Shown here piece after piece: positions 36,673 to 46,211 of a stretch of DNA of 64,000 nucleotides. A program made the translations under genes and the position numbers. The stretch is taken from assembly GCA_041694885.1 (NCBI GenBank), contig JBGFRX010000005.1, positions 5,291 to 69,290 on the forward strand. Reading direction: 5' to 3'. The DNA comes from Candidatus Micrarchaeota archaeon (lineage in GTDB: Archaea > Micrarchaeota > Micrarchaeia > Anstonellales > Bilamarchaeaceae). Under the pieces are notes generated by a model, which was not told where the DNA came from, did not search any database, and saw only the letters and a program-made list of their open reading frames with translations. Every line of letters starts with the position of its first letter. The stretch's first letter is position 1.

Positions 36673-38079
36673 CTAACGATGCTCCCTTGCATGGCTGTCA
36701 ATTATTTTTGCAACGTTGACAGGATGCATTGGGGGCCTGACCATAGCAACCCTTGCTCTTGTTTTCTCGCCAAAAGGTTCACTTGGAGTTATACATACTC
36801 CTTTTTCATCCACCAACGCTGCGGTCAGCGCATTGCTGTTTACGCCCTTTACATATTCGAGGTAGTGGTAAAATGGGATTTCAGGCTTGCCGAATGGATA
36901 TTCAAGAACTTTGCCATAGCGTTTTTGAAGCCTCTCGATTTCGGTTCCGAACTGCATGCTCCAGTTCGCGAACGTTTTGAAATTCGGCGCAAGTTCCTTC
37001 ATAATAGTTTCGTACTCCTCGTAGTACGGCAATGAAGCATACTGCGTGAGCGTGTTTTCTCCAAGGTACATTGCAAAGGCGGTTCCCAGTGCATCGTGCA
37101 ACGCGTCGTTCACCAGTTTTGCGGTTTTCAATGCGTCCGGTATGTATGGTGTGAAGAAGCCGCCGTGGAAACCAGTTCCCAGCGTTTTGTCTATTCCACT
37201 CATGAAAAGCAGGGGCACGCCGGTTTCCTCGGAGATTTTGAAAAAGTCGATCCTCTGTGCAGAAGGTATGTAATCCCTGTAAATGTCATCAATAATAAGG
37301 AGCACTGCATTTCCAGTTTCCAGCATGTGAAGCTGCAAGCCATCGGCAATCTGTCTGGCCGTTTTCGCCTTTAGTATAGTGCCGGTTGGATTATCTCCAG
37401 ATATAACAACAACAGCGCGCGTATGCTCATCCAGTTTGGAAAGCACTGATTTTACGTCAGGTGAGCCGTTGTCCTCCCCACCTCTTATTCTTTCAGCACG
37501 CTTCACCTCCACACCATACAGAATCAAAATGCCTGCCCATGGTGCATAGACGGGGTTCACACACACAACGTTGCTCTTCAGATTTGATACAAGAAGCCCG
37601 GTGAACTGCAATCCTTCGGTCACGCCATTGACGCCATAAATATTTTTTGGATCGAGACCATATTGTGCCGCAATCGCCCTGCGTAATCGCAGCATTCCCT
37701 GCGAGTTCGTATAAACTATACGAGCAACTTCGCCATTTATCTCCTTTCCATTCAAGACATCGTGAAGAACACTTGTTACTGAGGGTGCACCCTCTATCGA
37801 CTGGTCAATGTGCGTGTTTCCAATGTCGTGGCGCAGTACACCATGCTTTACGCCATCATTGATCCATTCAGTGCCACTGTCCGCGTGTGCCTGCCCTTTC
37901 TTCACTGAGTCGCTTCCGCGCAGCGTGCACTTCGCCGCTTTCTCGAACCTAGAGATATCCAGATTCAACGTGAGCACGCCCGCTTCGCCAAGCTTCTTCA
38001 CTTCTGCGAGCCGTTCCTTGGAACTAAGCTTCAAAAATTGTTCTTTGTTCATAGTTCGTTGCGCCAAATTCATAAACAA
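36673..38079 (-). CDS. Class I/II PLP-dependent aminotransferase paralogue with an N-terminal extension of about 70 aa
   Basis: 'ISGDNPTGTIL' and 'SGIDKTLGTGF' fold signatures; extra N-terminal helical region of unknown function. Confidence 0.6.
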   Translation of the reverse strand: MFMNLAQRTMNKEQFLKLSSKERLAEVKKLGEAGVLTLNLDISRFEKAAKCTLRGSDSVKKGQAHADSGTEWINDGVKHGVLRHDIGNTHIDQSIEGAPSVTSVLHDVLNGKEINGEVARIVYTNSQGMLRLRRAIAAQYGLDPKNIYGVNGVTEGLQFTGLLVSNLKSNVVCVNPVYAPWAGILILYGVEVKRAERIRGGEDNGSPDVKSVLSKLDEHTRAVVVISGDNPTGTILKAKTARQIADGLQLHMLETGNAVLLIIDDIYRDYIPSAQRIDFFKISEETGVPLLFMSGIDKTLGTGFHGGFFTPYIPDALKTAKLVNDALHDALGTAFAMYLGENTLTQYASLPYYEEYETIMKELAPNFKTFANWSMQFGTEIERLQKRYGKVLEYPFGKPEIPFYHYLEYVKGVNSNALTAALVDEKGVCITPSEPFGEKTRARVAMVRPPMHPVNVAKIIDSHAREHR

Positions 38080-38129
38080 TCCCCAATTTTATTCTTTGTG
38101 GTAGTATATTTAAATATATTGGTTTAGTT

Positions 38130-39410
38130 CTATGGCTTCACCCTCTGCCTGTCCCTTGGGAACATCACCGCATCGCGTATGTTCCCGAGTTCACAGAGTG
38201 CCATGGTCATCCTGTCCAAGCCCATGCTCCAGCCAGCGTGCGGAGGAGCACCGTACTTGAATGCGTCTATGTACGACTTGAAGCCCGCGGGCTCCATTCC
38301 CTTTGCCGAAATTTGTTTTTCGAGCAAATCCGGAATGTGAATCCGCTGCGCTCCTGAAGCGACCTCCATCCCGCGATAAATCAAATCATAAGCCCTGCAC
38401 ATCTTAGGATTGTCTTCGTAAGGCATAGAGTAGAAAGCCCGAACAGCAGTAGGGTAATCCTTCACAATAACGACATCGCTCTTCGCGGTTTCGCAGATTT
38501 TCACCTCCTGCTCCCTGGAAAAATCCTCTCCCCACCTTATCCTTTCTCCGTCTGCATTAAGCGCTTTCACCAGATCGGAATAAGCGTATACAGCTGCCTT
38601 TTCCGGCACTTCGAGTTTCGCGTTCAGGGTTTCGAGTTCAGCCCTGTTCCTTTCATTCACGCTGTTCAGCATTTGCAGGAACACTTCTCCCAGGACAGCA
38701 ATCGCGTCTTCATCATCAGCAAAAGCCATCTCTATGTCCATCTGGTGTATTTCGTTTATGTGGTAGGGACCTTCGTGTTTCTCTGCCCTGAAAACAGGAG
38801 TGGTCATGAACACACGCTCCATTCCTCCAATTACTGCCAATTGCTTGTAGAACTGCGGGCTCTGCGCTAAAAACGCCGGTTTATCAAAATAATCGATTTT
38901 GAAGAGCTGCGCCCCCCCTTCGGTGGAAGAGCCGACTATGCACGCAGGATTTATCTCCTCGAAATCCAGCGAAAGGAGCGCCTCGCGGAACGCACTTTCC
39001 AGAGTTGCCCTTATGTCGAATATCGCCCTTGTTTTCTCCCTTCGCAGATCCAGTGAACGGTTGTCCAGCCGCACGTTCAGGTTTGGCTCTTTCTTTTGCA
39101 CAGGGTAAAAAGGGAGTGGGCTGTAAATTTTTCCAACGACCTTAATGCTCTCCGCTTCCAATTCCACTCCGTTTGGAGCCCTCGGCTCCTTCCTGACAGT
39201 TCCTTTCACCTGGATTGCGCTTTCCTTTTCTATTTTTTCTTCAGGTTTCGAGGAAAGTTTCACCTGTATCTTTCCGCTTCCGTCTCGCAGGGTGAGAAAT
39301 GTAAGCGTGCCCAATTCCCTTATATTGTGCACCCAACCCGCGAGAACTGCAGGTTTTCCGTCAAAGATTCCGGATTCGGAGAGCACAGATGCTATGCTCC
39401 GTTCCTTCAT
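38130..39410 (-). CDS. aspS: Aspartyl-tRNA synthetase, archaeal type. It is probably non-discriminating given the gatCAB genes 5 kb away.
   Basis: N-terminal OB fold 'VLAGWVHNIRELGTLTFLTLRDGSG'. Class II motifs 'FRAE', 'GAPPHAGWSMGLDR'. Confidence 0.9.
   Translation of the reverse strand: MKERSIASVLSESGIFDGKPAVLAGWVHNIRELGTLTFLTLRDGSGKIQVKLSSKPEEKIEKESAIQVKGTVRKEPRAPNGVELEAESIKVVGKIYSPLPFYPVQKKEPNLNVRLDNRSLDLRREKTRAIFDIRATLESAFREALLSLDFEEINPACIVGSSTEGGAQLFKIDYFDKPAFLAQSPQFYKQLAVIGGMERVFMTTPVFRAEKHEGPYHINEIHQMDIEMAFADDEDAIAVLGEVFLQMLNSVNERNRAELETLNAKLEVPEKAAVYAYSDLVKALNADGERIRWGEDFSREQEVKICETAKSDVVIVKDYPTAVRAFYSMPYEDNPKMCRAYDLIYRGMEVASGAQRIHIPDLLEKQISAKGMEPAGFKSYIDAFKYGAPPHAGWSMGLDRMTMALCELGNIRDAVMFPRDRQRVKP
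39333..39380. repeat. Copy 1 of a perfect 48-bp direct repeat. It lies inside aspS codons 14-29; its partner is at 39559-39606.
   Basis: 'atattgtgcacccaacccgcgagaactgcaggttttccgtcaaagatt' is identical at both positions. Confidence 0.9.
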
Positions 39411-39558
39411 GGAAGTGGAAGAAGCGAGCAGCTCGCGGCTGCGCGTCCGTTTTTGTGCAGAATCAGATCCTTTGAAAATGGTTTCACCTGTGCTGCTGTT
39501 ACAGTTCGGCGTATAGTTGGACGTAACCGCTTAAAAATCTACCGCGAAACTTTTTAAG

Positions 39559-39606
39559 ATATTGTGCACCCAACCCGCGAGAACTGCAGGTTTTCCGTCA
39601 AAGATT
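39559..39606. repeat. Copy 2 of the 48-bp direct repeat. It overlaps the last three codons and the stop of the 7-TM paralogue B gene.
   Basis: Identical 48-mer. In this copy the 'tca' within 'gtcaaagatt' is read on the minus strand as the TGA stop of the membrane-protein gene, which uses a different frame from aspS. Confidence 0.9.
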
Positions 39607-40506
39607 TTTCAAATTCATCCAACCTGAAAAGGAGCGTTCTGTGACTTTCCCTGAATGAGCTGATGAGGCCTTTTTCTGCCTTACGACCCTCGTACTCCTG
39701 TTGGTGCTGAGGAAGCGTGCTATAGGCGTGTAGAACGCCTCGGCACGCATGGTCGCGAACACGAAGAACATTATTGTAGTGGTAAGCACGACGTACAGCA
39801 TGTTCTGGAAGATGCGCGCCAGCGTGGTTATCTCGTTGTGCCCGAACAACACGAGCGCTGTTCCCATTATATCTATGTTTATGGTGAGCAGGAACAGTAT
39901 ACCGATGAGCGAGTAGAGCGCAGAAGTGAGTATGAACGTCTTCAGCGAGAACGTGTTCCTGGTGACTTCATTCATATTCGAGATGTTCTTCCATGTTTTG
40001 AGCAATATAACCAGTGTCAGGAGCGAAAGTACGAGGAACAGCAGCGCGTCAAAATTTACCTCTATTATCAATTCGATATGATACAGCGCATAGAGCGGAA
40101 CAAACATCGCAAGGAGCACGAGAACGGTTTCGCGCACCACATGCTCTGCGCGCTCGGGCGTTTTGCTCTCCCATGTGGAGGTGAAAAGATATACAAAATA
40201 AATCGCCGCGATTCCGGACGCGAGGTGCATGTAATGCCAGAAATGCCCTGCCGGAGGCATGTTGGTGTGCTCGAACAGCTCGAATATGCCTATGCTGCTT
40301 ATGAAAGCGAACACCATTGCGAGCCGCATCCAGCGCACGAATAGTTTGCTGTAATGCATTATCACGCTCCTCAGGCCCAAAATACCTGCAATTATCAGGA
40401 ATATTATGAACACGATGTGCATGTCGAACGCGCTTATTACGAATGAATCAGTATCCTCCAGATCCGGAAACAAGGGGATTATGCCCTGAGTCTTCCCGGT
40501 CGCCAT
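39598..40506 (-). CDS. 7-TM membrane protein, paralogue B of the F-E-H...F-W-H-x-M-H family
   Basis: See paralogue A. Its own promoter lies inside the 103-bp module (40531-40633), with TATA about 32-39 nt upstream of the ATG. Confidence 0.5.
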   Translation of the reverse strand: MATGKTQGIIPLFPDLEDTDSFVISAFDMHIVFIIFLIIAGILGLRSVIMHYSKLFVRWMRLAMVFAFISSIGIFELFEHTNMPPAGHFWHYMHLASGIAAIYFVYLFTSTWESKTPERAEHVVRETVLVLLAMFVPLYALYHIELIIEVNFDALLFLVLSLLTLVILLKTWKNISNMNEVTRNTFSLKTFILTSALYSLIGILFLLTINIDIMGTALVLFGHNEITTLARIFQNMLYVVLTTTIMFFVFATMRAEAFYTPIARFLSTNRSTRVVRQKKASSAHSGKVTERSFSGWMNLKNL

Positions 40507-40530
40507 TACAACACCGCAATATCGTCAATA

Positions 40531-40633
40531 TAAGAGTTTATAATTCTTCCACCTCACGTCAGCAGATGGTTGTTTGTCCCACCATGCAGGCCTCGCTATT
40601 CGCCACTTCACATGAAAAAGACGAAAATTAAAT
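40531..40633 (-). repeat. Copy B (inverted) of the roughly 103-bp promoter-containing module
   Basis: The reverse complement aligns to 14470-14572 with about 7 mismatches; the 56-nt core 'gcgaatagcgaggcctgcatg(a/g)tgggacaaacaaccatctgctgacgtgaggtgga' has a single mismatch. Confidence 0.85.
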
Positions 40634-40726
40634 GGATTTTTTACGTGCCGCGTCATTTATTAAAATTTTGCACGCATCTTATCATACATCGCTGAAACCA
40701 TGCGACTTAGTTAACAGGGTGGGAAA

Positions 40727-41842
40727 ATGAAAACAACTCTTACAGTAATAAAGGCGGACGTGGGCGGCTTCACTGCGCATTCGGACGTCCATCCGCGGCT
40801 TATCGAGAGCGCGCAGAAGTCCTTGGAGGTGGGAAAGAAGAAGGGTATAATACTGGACTATTACGTGACGAAGGTGGGCGACGATCTCCAGCTCATAATG
40901 ACGCACGACAAGGGCGTTGACTCGAAGGAAGTGCATGCGCTCGCGTGGGACGCGTTCATTGCAGCTACTGCGATTGCGAAGGAACTCAAGCTCTACGGTG
41001 CTGGCCAGGACCTTCTCGCAGATGCGTTCAGCGGGAACATAAAGGGCATGGGGCCCGGATGCGCTGAGCTCGAGTTCGAGGAAAGGAAGAGCGAACCTGT
41101 GATAGTATTCATGATGGATAAGACCGATCCAGGCGCGTTCAACCTGCCGGTTTTCAAAATGTTCGGGGACCCGTTCAACACAGCAGGGCTCACGATAGAC
41201 CCGAACATGGTTTCCGGCTTCGCGTTCGAGGTATGGGACATCTACGGGAACAAAAAAATTGTGCTTAACAGCCCGGAGGAACTCTACGCGCTCCTTGCAC
41301 TGATAGGCACGAAGAGCAAATACGTAATAAAAAGGGTGTTCCCGCGCACAGGAAACAAAGTTCCCCAGACCGAAGCAGTTGCGGCCATAAGCACGGACAA
41401 GCTCCACCTCATTGCCGGAGAATACGTAGGCAAGGACGACCCGGTGGCCATAGTGAGGTGCCAGTCAGGGCTCCCGTCGCAGGGAGAGGCGCTCGAGCCA
41501 TTCGCGTTCCCGCATTTGGTTGCCGGATGGATGAGGGGCTCGCACAACGGTCCCCTTATGCCAGTTGGGCAGAAGGATTCCATGACAACCAGGTTCGACG
41601 GGCCGACGAGAGTGGTGGGGCTGGGCTTTCAAATCGCCAACGGAAAATTGGTGGGGCCAGCAGACCTTTTGGGAGACATCGCGTTCGACAACGCGAGGAA
41701 AAAGGCGCTCCAGATTGCGGATTACATGAGAAGGCACGGTCCGTTCGAGCCGCACCGGCTCTCAGCAGAGGAGATGGAGTACACGAGCATGCCCAAAATA
41801 ATGAAGAATCTGGAGGGCAGGTTCGAGAAGATAGAGAAGTGA
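40727..41842 (+). CDS. fbp: Fructose-1,6-bisphosphate aldolase/phosphatase (class V FBPase)
   Basis: Hallmark N-terminus 'MKTTLTVIKADVGG'; about 370 aa, conserved throughout. Confidence 0.9.
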   Translation: MKTTLTVIKADVGGFTAHSDVHPRLIESAQKSLEVGKKKGIILDYYVTKVGDDLQLIMTHDKGVDSKEVHALAWDAFIAATAIAKELKLYGAGQDLLADAFSGNIKGMGPGCAELEFEERKSEPVIVFMMDKTDPGAFNLPVFKMFGDPFNTAGLTIDPNMVSGFAFEVWDIYGNKKIVLNSPEELYALLALIGTKSKYVIKRVFPRTGNKVPQTEAVAAISTDKLHLIAGEYVGKDDPVAIVRCQSGLPSQGEALEPFAFPHLVAGWMRGSHNGPLMPVGQKDSMTTRFDGPTRVVGLGFQIANGKLVGPADLLGDIAFDNARKKALQIADYMRRHGPFEPHRLSAEEMEYTSMPKIMKNLEGRFEKIEK

Positions 41843-41859
41843 TTTTCGGCTAGTGCGGA

Positions 41860-42462
41860 TTAGTAAAACATGTTGCCGTGCATGATTATCCAGTTCTTTA
41901 TTTTTTTCTCCTCAGCATTTATCGCAAGAAGAACTTCCCCATAATCAGCGAACTGCGTCATCAGCCGGTTTCCGAGCCATTCGTCGCGTTTAAGCCTGCG
42001 CACTGTTTCCAGATCCGCGCCTGCAAGACCTGCTGCGATGGATTTGCGTTGTGCCTGCCCTCCATTGGAATATTCCAAGGCAATGCCTGCTTTTATGGCA
42101 TTTCTTACGTTCTCCTCCATTTTTTCCCTGGCAAGCGCCATGCCGAGGAAATAAGCGCTCAAGTATACGGAATAGCCCTTCCCGTGCTTCAGGATTTTGA
42201 GCACTACATCTGCATTTTCCCTGGAGAGCGCCGCTCCTTTTCTGAGTTTTTTTTCAAGCCCTTTGAGGGATGAAACAATGTCCATGTTTTCTTCCGCAGA
42301 CCGTGCAAACTTTCCGAAGTCCTTTATATTAGCCGGCGTTGTTCTGGTACTGTGCCAATATTTCGTTCCTTGCGCACTGGCTTCTGACCCCTTTAGCGCA
42401 ACAATAACCGGTTTTGCATTGTCGGTCTTCAAATGCCGTTTTATCCGTGCCATGGAATTCAC
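41860..42462 (-). CDS. Hypothetical alpha-helical protein of 200 aa
   Basis: Protein-like composition, no recognisable motif; convergent with fbp. Confidence 0.3.
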   Translation of the reverse strand: MNSMARIKRHLKTDNAKPVIVALKGSEASAQGTKYWHSTRTTPANIKDFGKFARSAEENMDIVSSLKGLEKKLRKGAALSRENADVVLKILKHGKGYSVYLSAYFLGMALAREKMEENVRNAIKAGIALEYSNGGQAQRKSIAAGLAGADLETVRRLKRDEWLGNRLMTQFADYGEVLLAINAEEKKIKNWIIMHGNMFY

Positions 42463-42548
42463 TTGTGCGTGTTCTGCTTATTTCGCGCAGGAGTCCTTTA
42501 TTAATCTTTTATTTCAACCTTTTTCCACTATTAGCCGAGAAAACGAAT

Positions 42549-43952
42549 TTATGCGAGTTTCCACAGGGTCGTTTCGATGCGCCCTCTCTCGCTGCTTATT
42601 CTCTTATCCCATTCGGGGTTAATTTTGACTTTTCTGGAAAGCCGCGCTTTTTTTATTTCAATTGCCTTATCCACTTCCGTTGCCGCGATGTCTGTTCCAA
42701 GCATCTTGTTGATTTCAGATGATTTCAGGTCCTCTATGTATTTTCCTTCCTTCGAAAGCAGTGCAACCATTTTCCCCACTCTTTCGTGCGCATCCCGGAA
42801 AGGGACTCCGTTCATTGCAAGCAAGTCCGCAAGCGCAGTAGCGTTCGCATAGTTCTTCTTTATCTCCAACACCATCTTCTTTTCATCGAATTCAAGTGTG
42901 GGCACGAGCTCAGCCACCATCGCAAGCGCCTCCTTCGCACTATCCAGGCCGTTCATTAGCGCAAATTTCGTCTCCTGCGAATCCGCATTGTAGCCGTTCA
43001 TGAGCCCCTTCTGCACAACGAGCGTGTGAATGAGATTGCCGTAAAGCCGTCCTGTTCTCCCCCGCACCAGTTCCAGCACATCGGGATTCTTCTTGTTCGG
43101 CATTATCGAGCTGCCGGTCGTATATTCATCCCCCATGAGTATAAGCTCCTTCTGCGACAGCCAGATTATCTCCTCTGCAAACCGCGAGAGTTTTGCCATA
43201 AGCTCGCTCAGCGCAAAAAGAACTTCCGCCTCAATCTCTCCGCGCTGGCTTATGGCATCCATCTCGTTTTCAATTATGGAATCAAAGCCGAGCAGTGCCG
43301 CTGTTCTTTTTCGGTCTGTTTTCCAGTCGGTTCCGCTTATCGCGCACGCGCCCAAAGGACTTCTGTTCACCTTTTTGTACGCATCGAATATCCGCTCCAA
43401 ATCCCGCTCAAAGGACTGCACATATGACTCGCACCAGAAGGAAACCATTACGGGCTGCGCAACCTGCGTATGAGTGTAAGACGGCATAGCAAAATCGTTT
43501 TCAGAGAGCGCTGCGAATGATTTCTGCAACTGCACAACCAAATCAGCGACAGCGAGCAGTTCGTCCCTAAGGTAAAGCCGCGTGTCCACAGCTACCTGAT
43601 CGTTTCTGGAGCGCGCTGCGCGCATCTTCTTCCCAAAAGAAGTGATTTTCGTAACCTCGTTCTCCACATTCATGTGCACGTCTTCCAGTTCCTTTTTCAG
43701 ATTGAATTTCCCCTCTTTGCGGGACTTCAGGACTGCTTTCAGCGCGGAAACAATAACATCTGCCTCCTCTTTCTTCACTATGCCCCGCTCGCCCAGCATT
43801 TTCACATGAGCAATCGAGCCCAGAATATCGTATTTGACGAGCCGGGAGTCCAACTGCACGTTCTCGCTGCTCATGTAATCGAGCACTTTTTCTTTCGGGC
43901 TTTTGGAGAATCTTCCTCCCCAGAGCATTTTTTTGCCTTTCATTTCTTCCAT
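42549..43952 (-). CDS. argH: Argininosuccinate lyase
   Basis: Fumarase/aspartase family 'GSSIMPNKKNPD' signature; about 467 aa. Confidence 0.9.
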   Translation of the reverse strand: MEEMKGKKMLWGGRFSKSPKEKVLDYMSSENVQLDSRLVKYDILGSIAHVKMLGERGIVKKEEADVIVSALKAVLKSRKEGKFNLKKELEDVHMNVENEVTKITSFGKKMRAARSRNDQVAVDTRLYLRDELLAVADLVVQLQKSFAALSENDFAMPSYTHTQVAQPVMVSFWCESYVQSFERDLERIFDAYKKVNRSPLGACAISGTDWKTDRKRTAALLGFDSIIENEMDAISQRGEIEAEVLFALSELMAKLSRFAEEIIWLSQKELILMGDEYTTGSSIMPNKKNPDVLELVRGRTGRLYGNLIHTLVVQKGLMNGYNADSQETKFALMNGLDSAKEALAMVAELVPTLEFDEKKMVLEIKKNYANATALADLLAMNGVPFRDAHERVGKMVALLSKEGKYIEDLKSSEINKMLGTDIAATEVDKAIEIKKARLSRKVKINPEWDKRISSERGRIETTLWKLA

Positions 43953-44017
43953 CCCGTTTTCAGGTGGTTTTCAGTTCCCTCTTTTCTCTTTCCCGCATTT
44001 TATTTCGGGTTCGTTTT

Positions 44018-45277
44018 CTATTTTTTTCCGTACTTCATCTTATACGCAGTTGAATATTGCATGAGCCAGAGCTTTGTGAACGCCCCTCCTTCCTTCTGGT
44101 CGAAGCTGCTGCCCTTTCCATACGTTGCGACATTGTGACTATAGAGTGCGTTCGGGCTCTTCCGCGAGGCGACAGTGGCAGCTCCTTTGTACAATTTCAT
44201 CTTCACAGAGCCACTAACCTGGCTCTCCACCTCGTCGTTGAATTTGTCCAGCGCAACTTTCAGGGGGGAGAACCATTTCCCCGTGTAAATAATATCAGAG
44301 TACAAGTTGTCGGTGTAATTCTTGTGAAATAGTTCATCCTTTGTGAGCACGTATTTTTCCAAGTCCCTGTGTGCGGGAAGAACAACGAGCGCAGCAGGTG
44401 CCTCGTACGCCTCCCTGCTCTTGAATCCGATTGTTCTGTCTTCCATGTGCTCTATCCTTCCGACCCCATGTTCACCCGCTGTTTTGGTGAGCTGCCTTAT
44501 CATCTCCACTTCATCCCTGTAAACTGTGCCATCAATCCCGATCTCCACAGGCACGCCTTTCTCAAAGACGATGTCAATGTACGCGGGTTTGTCAGGTGCC
44601 TTTTCAGCCGGCTTTGTCCATTCGTACGCATCTTCAGGAACTGCCTGCTCTGGAAATTCTATAGGCCCTGCCTCTATGCTTCTTCCCCACAGATTCTCAT
44701 CAATGGAATAGGGGTTATCCCTCGTAATCTTCACTTCCAATCCCCTTTGCTTCGCATATTCTATCTCTTCGTCCCGCACCAGTCCCCAGTCCCTTACAGG
44801 CGCAATCACTTTCATGGAACTTAATGCAGCAACCCCTGCATCTATGCGCACCTGATCATTTCCTTTCCCAGTTGAGCCGTGGCAGACCGCCTGCGCACCT
44901 TCCTTCTTTCCCACCTCCACAAGCTTCTTGGCAATGAGCGGTCTTCCGAGCGCGGTGAAAAGGGGATAATTGCCCTCGTACATAGCGTTCGCCTTTAGCC
45001 CAGGCCAGATGTATTCCCTGACGAATTCCTTTTTCGTCTCCAAACAGTAATGCTTCTTCGCACCTATCTTTTTCGACTTTGCTTCTACGCCCTTGAGTTC
45101 CCTCTCCTGGCCCAGGTCCAGCGTGCAGGTAATAACTTCCTTGCCCATTTCCTGCAAAAGCGAGGCGATAACCGTGGTATCCACCCCACCTGAGAATGCG
45201 AGCACGACCTTCTCTATGTCCTTGTATTCATTCTTTGTTTTCGTCTTGATTTTTTCAAATAAATCCATAAGCCCCAC
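44018..45277 (-). CDS. argG: Argininosuccinate synthase
   Basis: PP-loop 'AFSGGVDTTV'; about 419 aa. Confidence 0.9.
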   Translation of the reverse strand: MGLMDLFEKIKTKTKNEYKDIEKVVLAFSGGVDTTVIASLLQEMGKEVITCTLDLGQERELKGVEAKSKKIGAKKHYCLETKKEFVREYIWPGLKANAMYEGNYPLFTALGRPLIAKKLVEVGKKEGAQAVCHGSTGKGNDQVRIDAGVAALSSMKVIAPVRDWGLVRDEEIEYAKQRGLEVKITRDNPYSIDENLWGRSIEAGPIEFPEQAVPEDAYEWTKPAEKAPDKPAYIDIVFEKGVPVEIGIDGTVYRDEVEMIRQLTKTAGEHGVGRIEHMEDRTIGFKSREAYEAPAALVVLPAHRDLEKYVLTKDELFHKNYTDNLYSDIIYTGKWFSPLKVALDKFNDEVESQVSGSVKMKLYKGAATVASRKSPNALYSHNVATYGKGSSFDQKEGGAFTKLWLMQYSTAYKMKYGKK

Positions 45278-45287
45278 CCTCTTCGTT

Positions 45288-46211
45288 CTATTTCTCCAAT
45301 ATTTTTAACAATATTGCCTTTTGCATGTGCAGTCGGTTCTCCGCCTGGTCAAAGACGACGCTATGTTTGCCATCTATTATCTCCGCAGTCTGCTCATAGC
45401 CGCGCATCGCAGGAAGACAGTTCATGAATATGAATTCCTTTTTCGCGTATTTCGCTATTTCCGGATTGACCTGATAGGGCATGAGCTGCTTTATGCGCGC
45501 TTCCTTTTCAGAAGCAGGTACATGGTAGCTCATCCACGAATCAGTATACGCAATATCCGCATCCTTTATCGCCGACTTCGCATCACTTGTAATGGTTACT
45601 TTTCCGCCCGTTCGTTTTGCAATCTCCACATACTCCTTTTTGGGCATCATTTCAACAGGGCATCCAATGGAAATTTCCATCCCCACTATCGCGCAGCCCA
45701 GGATAAGAGAGTGCGTGACGTTGTTGTTTCCGTCTCCCAAATAGCAGAGCTTGAGCCCTTCCAATCTGCCCCTCTTCTCTTTAATGGTAAGGAGGTCTGA
45801 AAGAACTTGCACAGGATGCTCATCGTTACTCAGCCCGTTTATCACGGGTATTCCGGAATTCTCATCCAATTTTGAAAGTTTCTCGTGCTCAAAAACCCTT
45901 GCCATTATGCAATCCACATATCTTCCATACACCTTCGCAGTGTCTTCTATGCTTTCTTTTGCGCCAAGAGGCGTTTGCGACGTTTCAATCACAACCGCAT
46001 CTCCACCGAGCTCCTTTATCCCAACCTCGAAGCTCACCCGTGTCCGCAAGGAGGGCTTTTCGAAAAGCATGAGCAGCGTCTTTCCATCCAATTTCTTCCT
46101 GTACTTCTTGGGATCTTTCTTCACTTCAGCAGCCAAATCGAGCAGCGCTTCCACTTCTTTCCTGTTCAAATCAGCAATCGAAAGCAGGGACTTTCCCTTC
46201 ATATTGTTCAT
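45288..46211 (-). CDS. argF: Ornithine carbamoyltransferase
   Basis: 'STRTR' carbamoyl-phosphate motif, 'HCLP'; sits inside the arg cluster. Confidence 0.85.
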   Translation of the reverse strand: MNNMKGKSLLSIADLNRKEVEALLDLAAEVKKDPKKYRKKLDGKTLLMLFEKPSLRTRVSFEVGIKELGGDAVVIETSQTPLGAKESIEDTAKVYGRYVDCIMARVFEHEKLSKLDENSGIPVINGLSNDEHPVQVLSDLLTIKEKRGRLEGLKLCYLGDGNNNVTHSLILGCAIVGMEISIGCPVEMMPKKEYVEIAKRTGGKVTITSDAKSAIKDADIAYTDSWMSYHVPASEKEARIKQLMPYQVNPEIAKYAKKEFIFMNCLPAMRGYEQTAEIIDGKHSVVFDQAENRLHMQKAILLKILEK

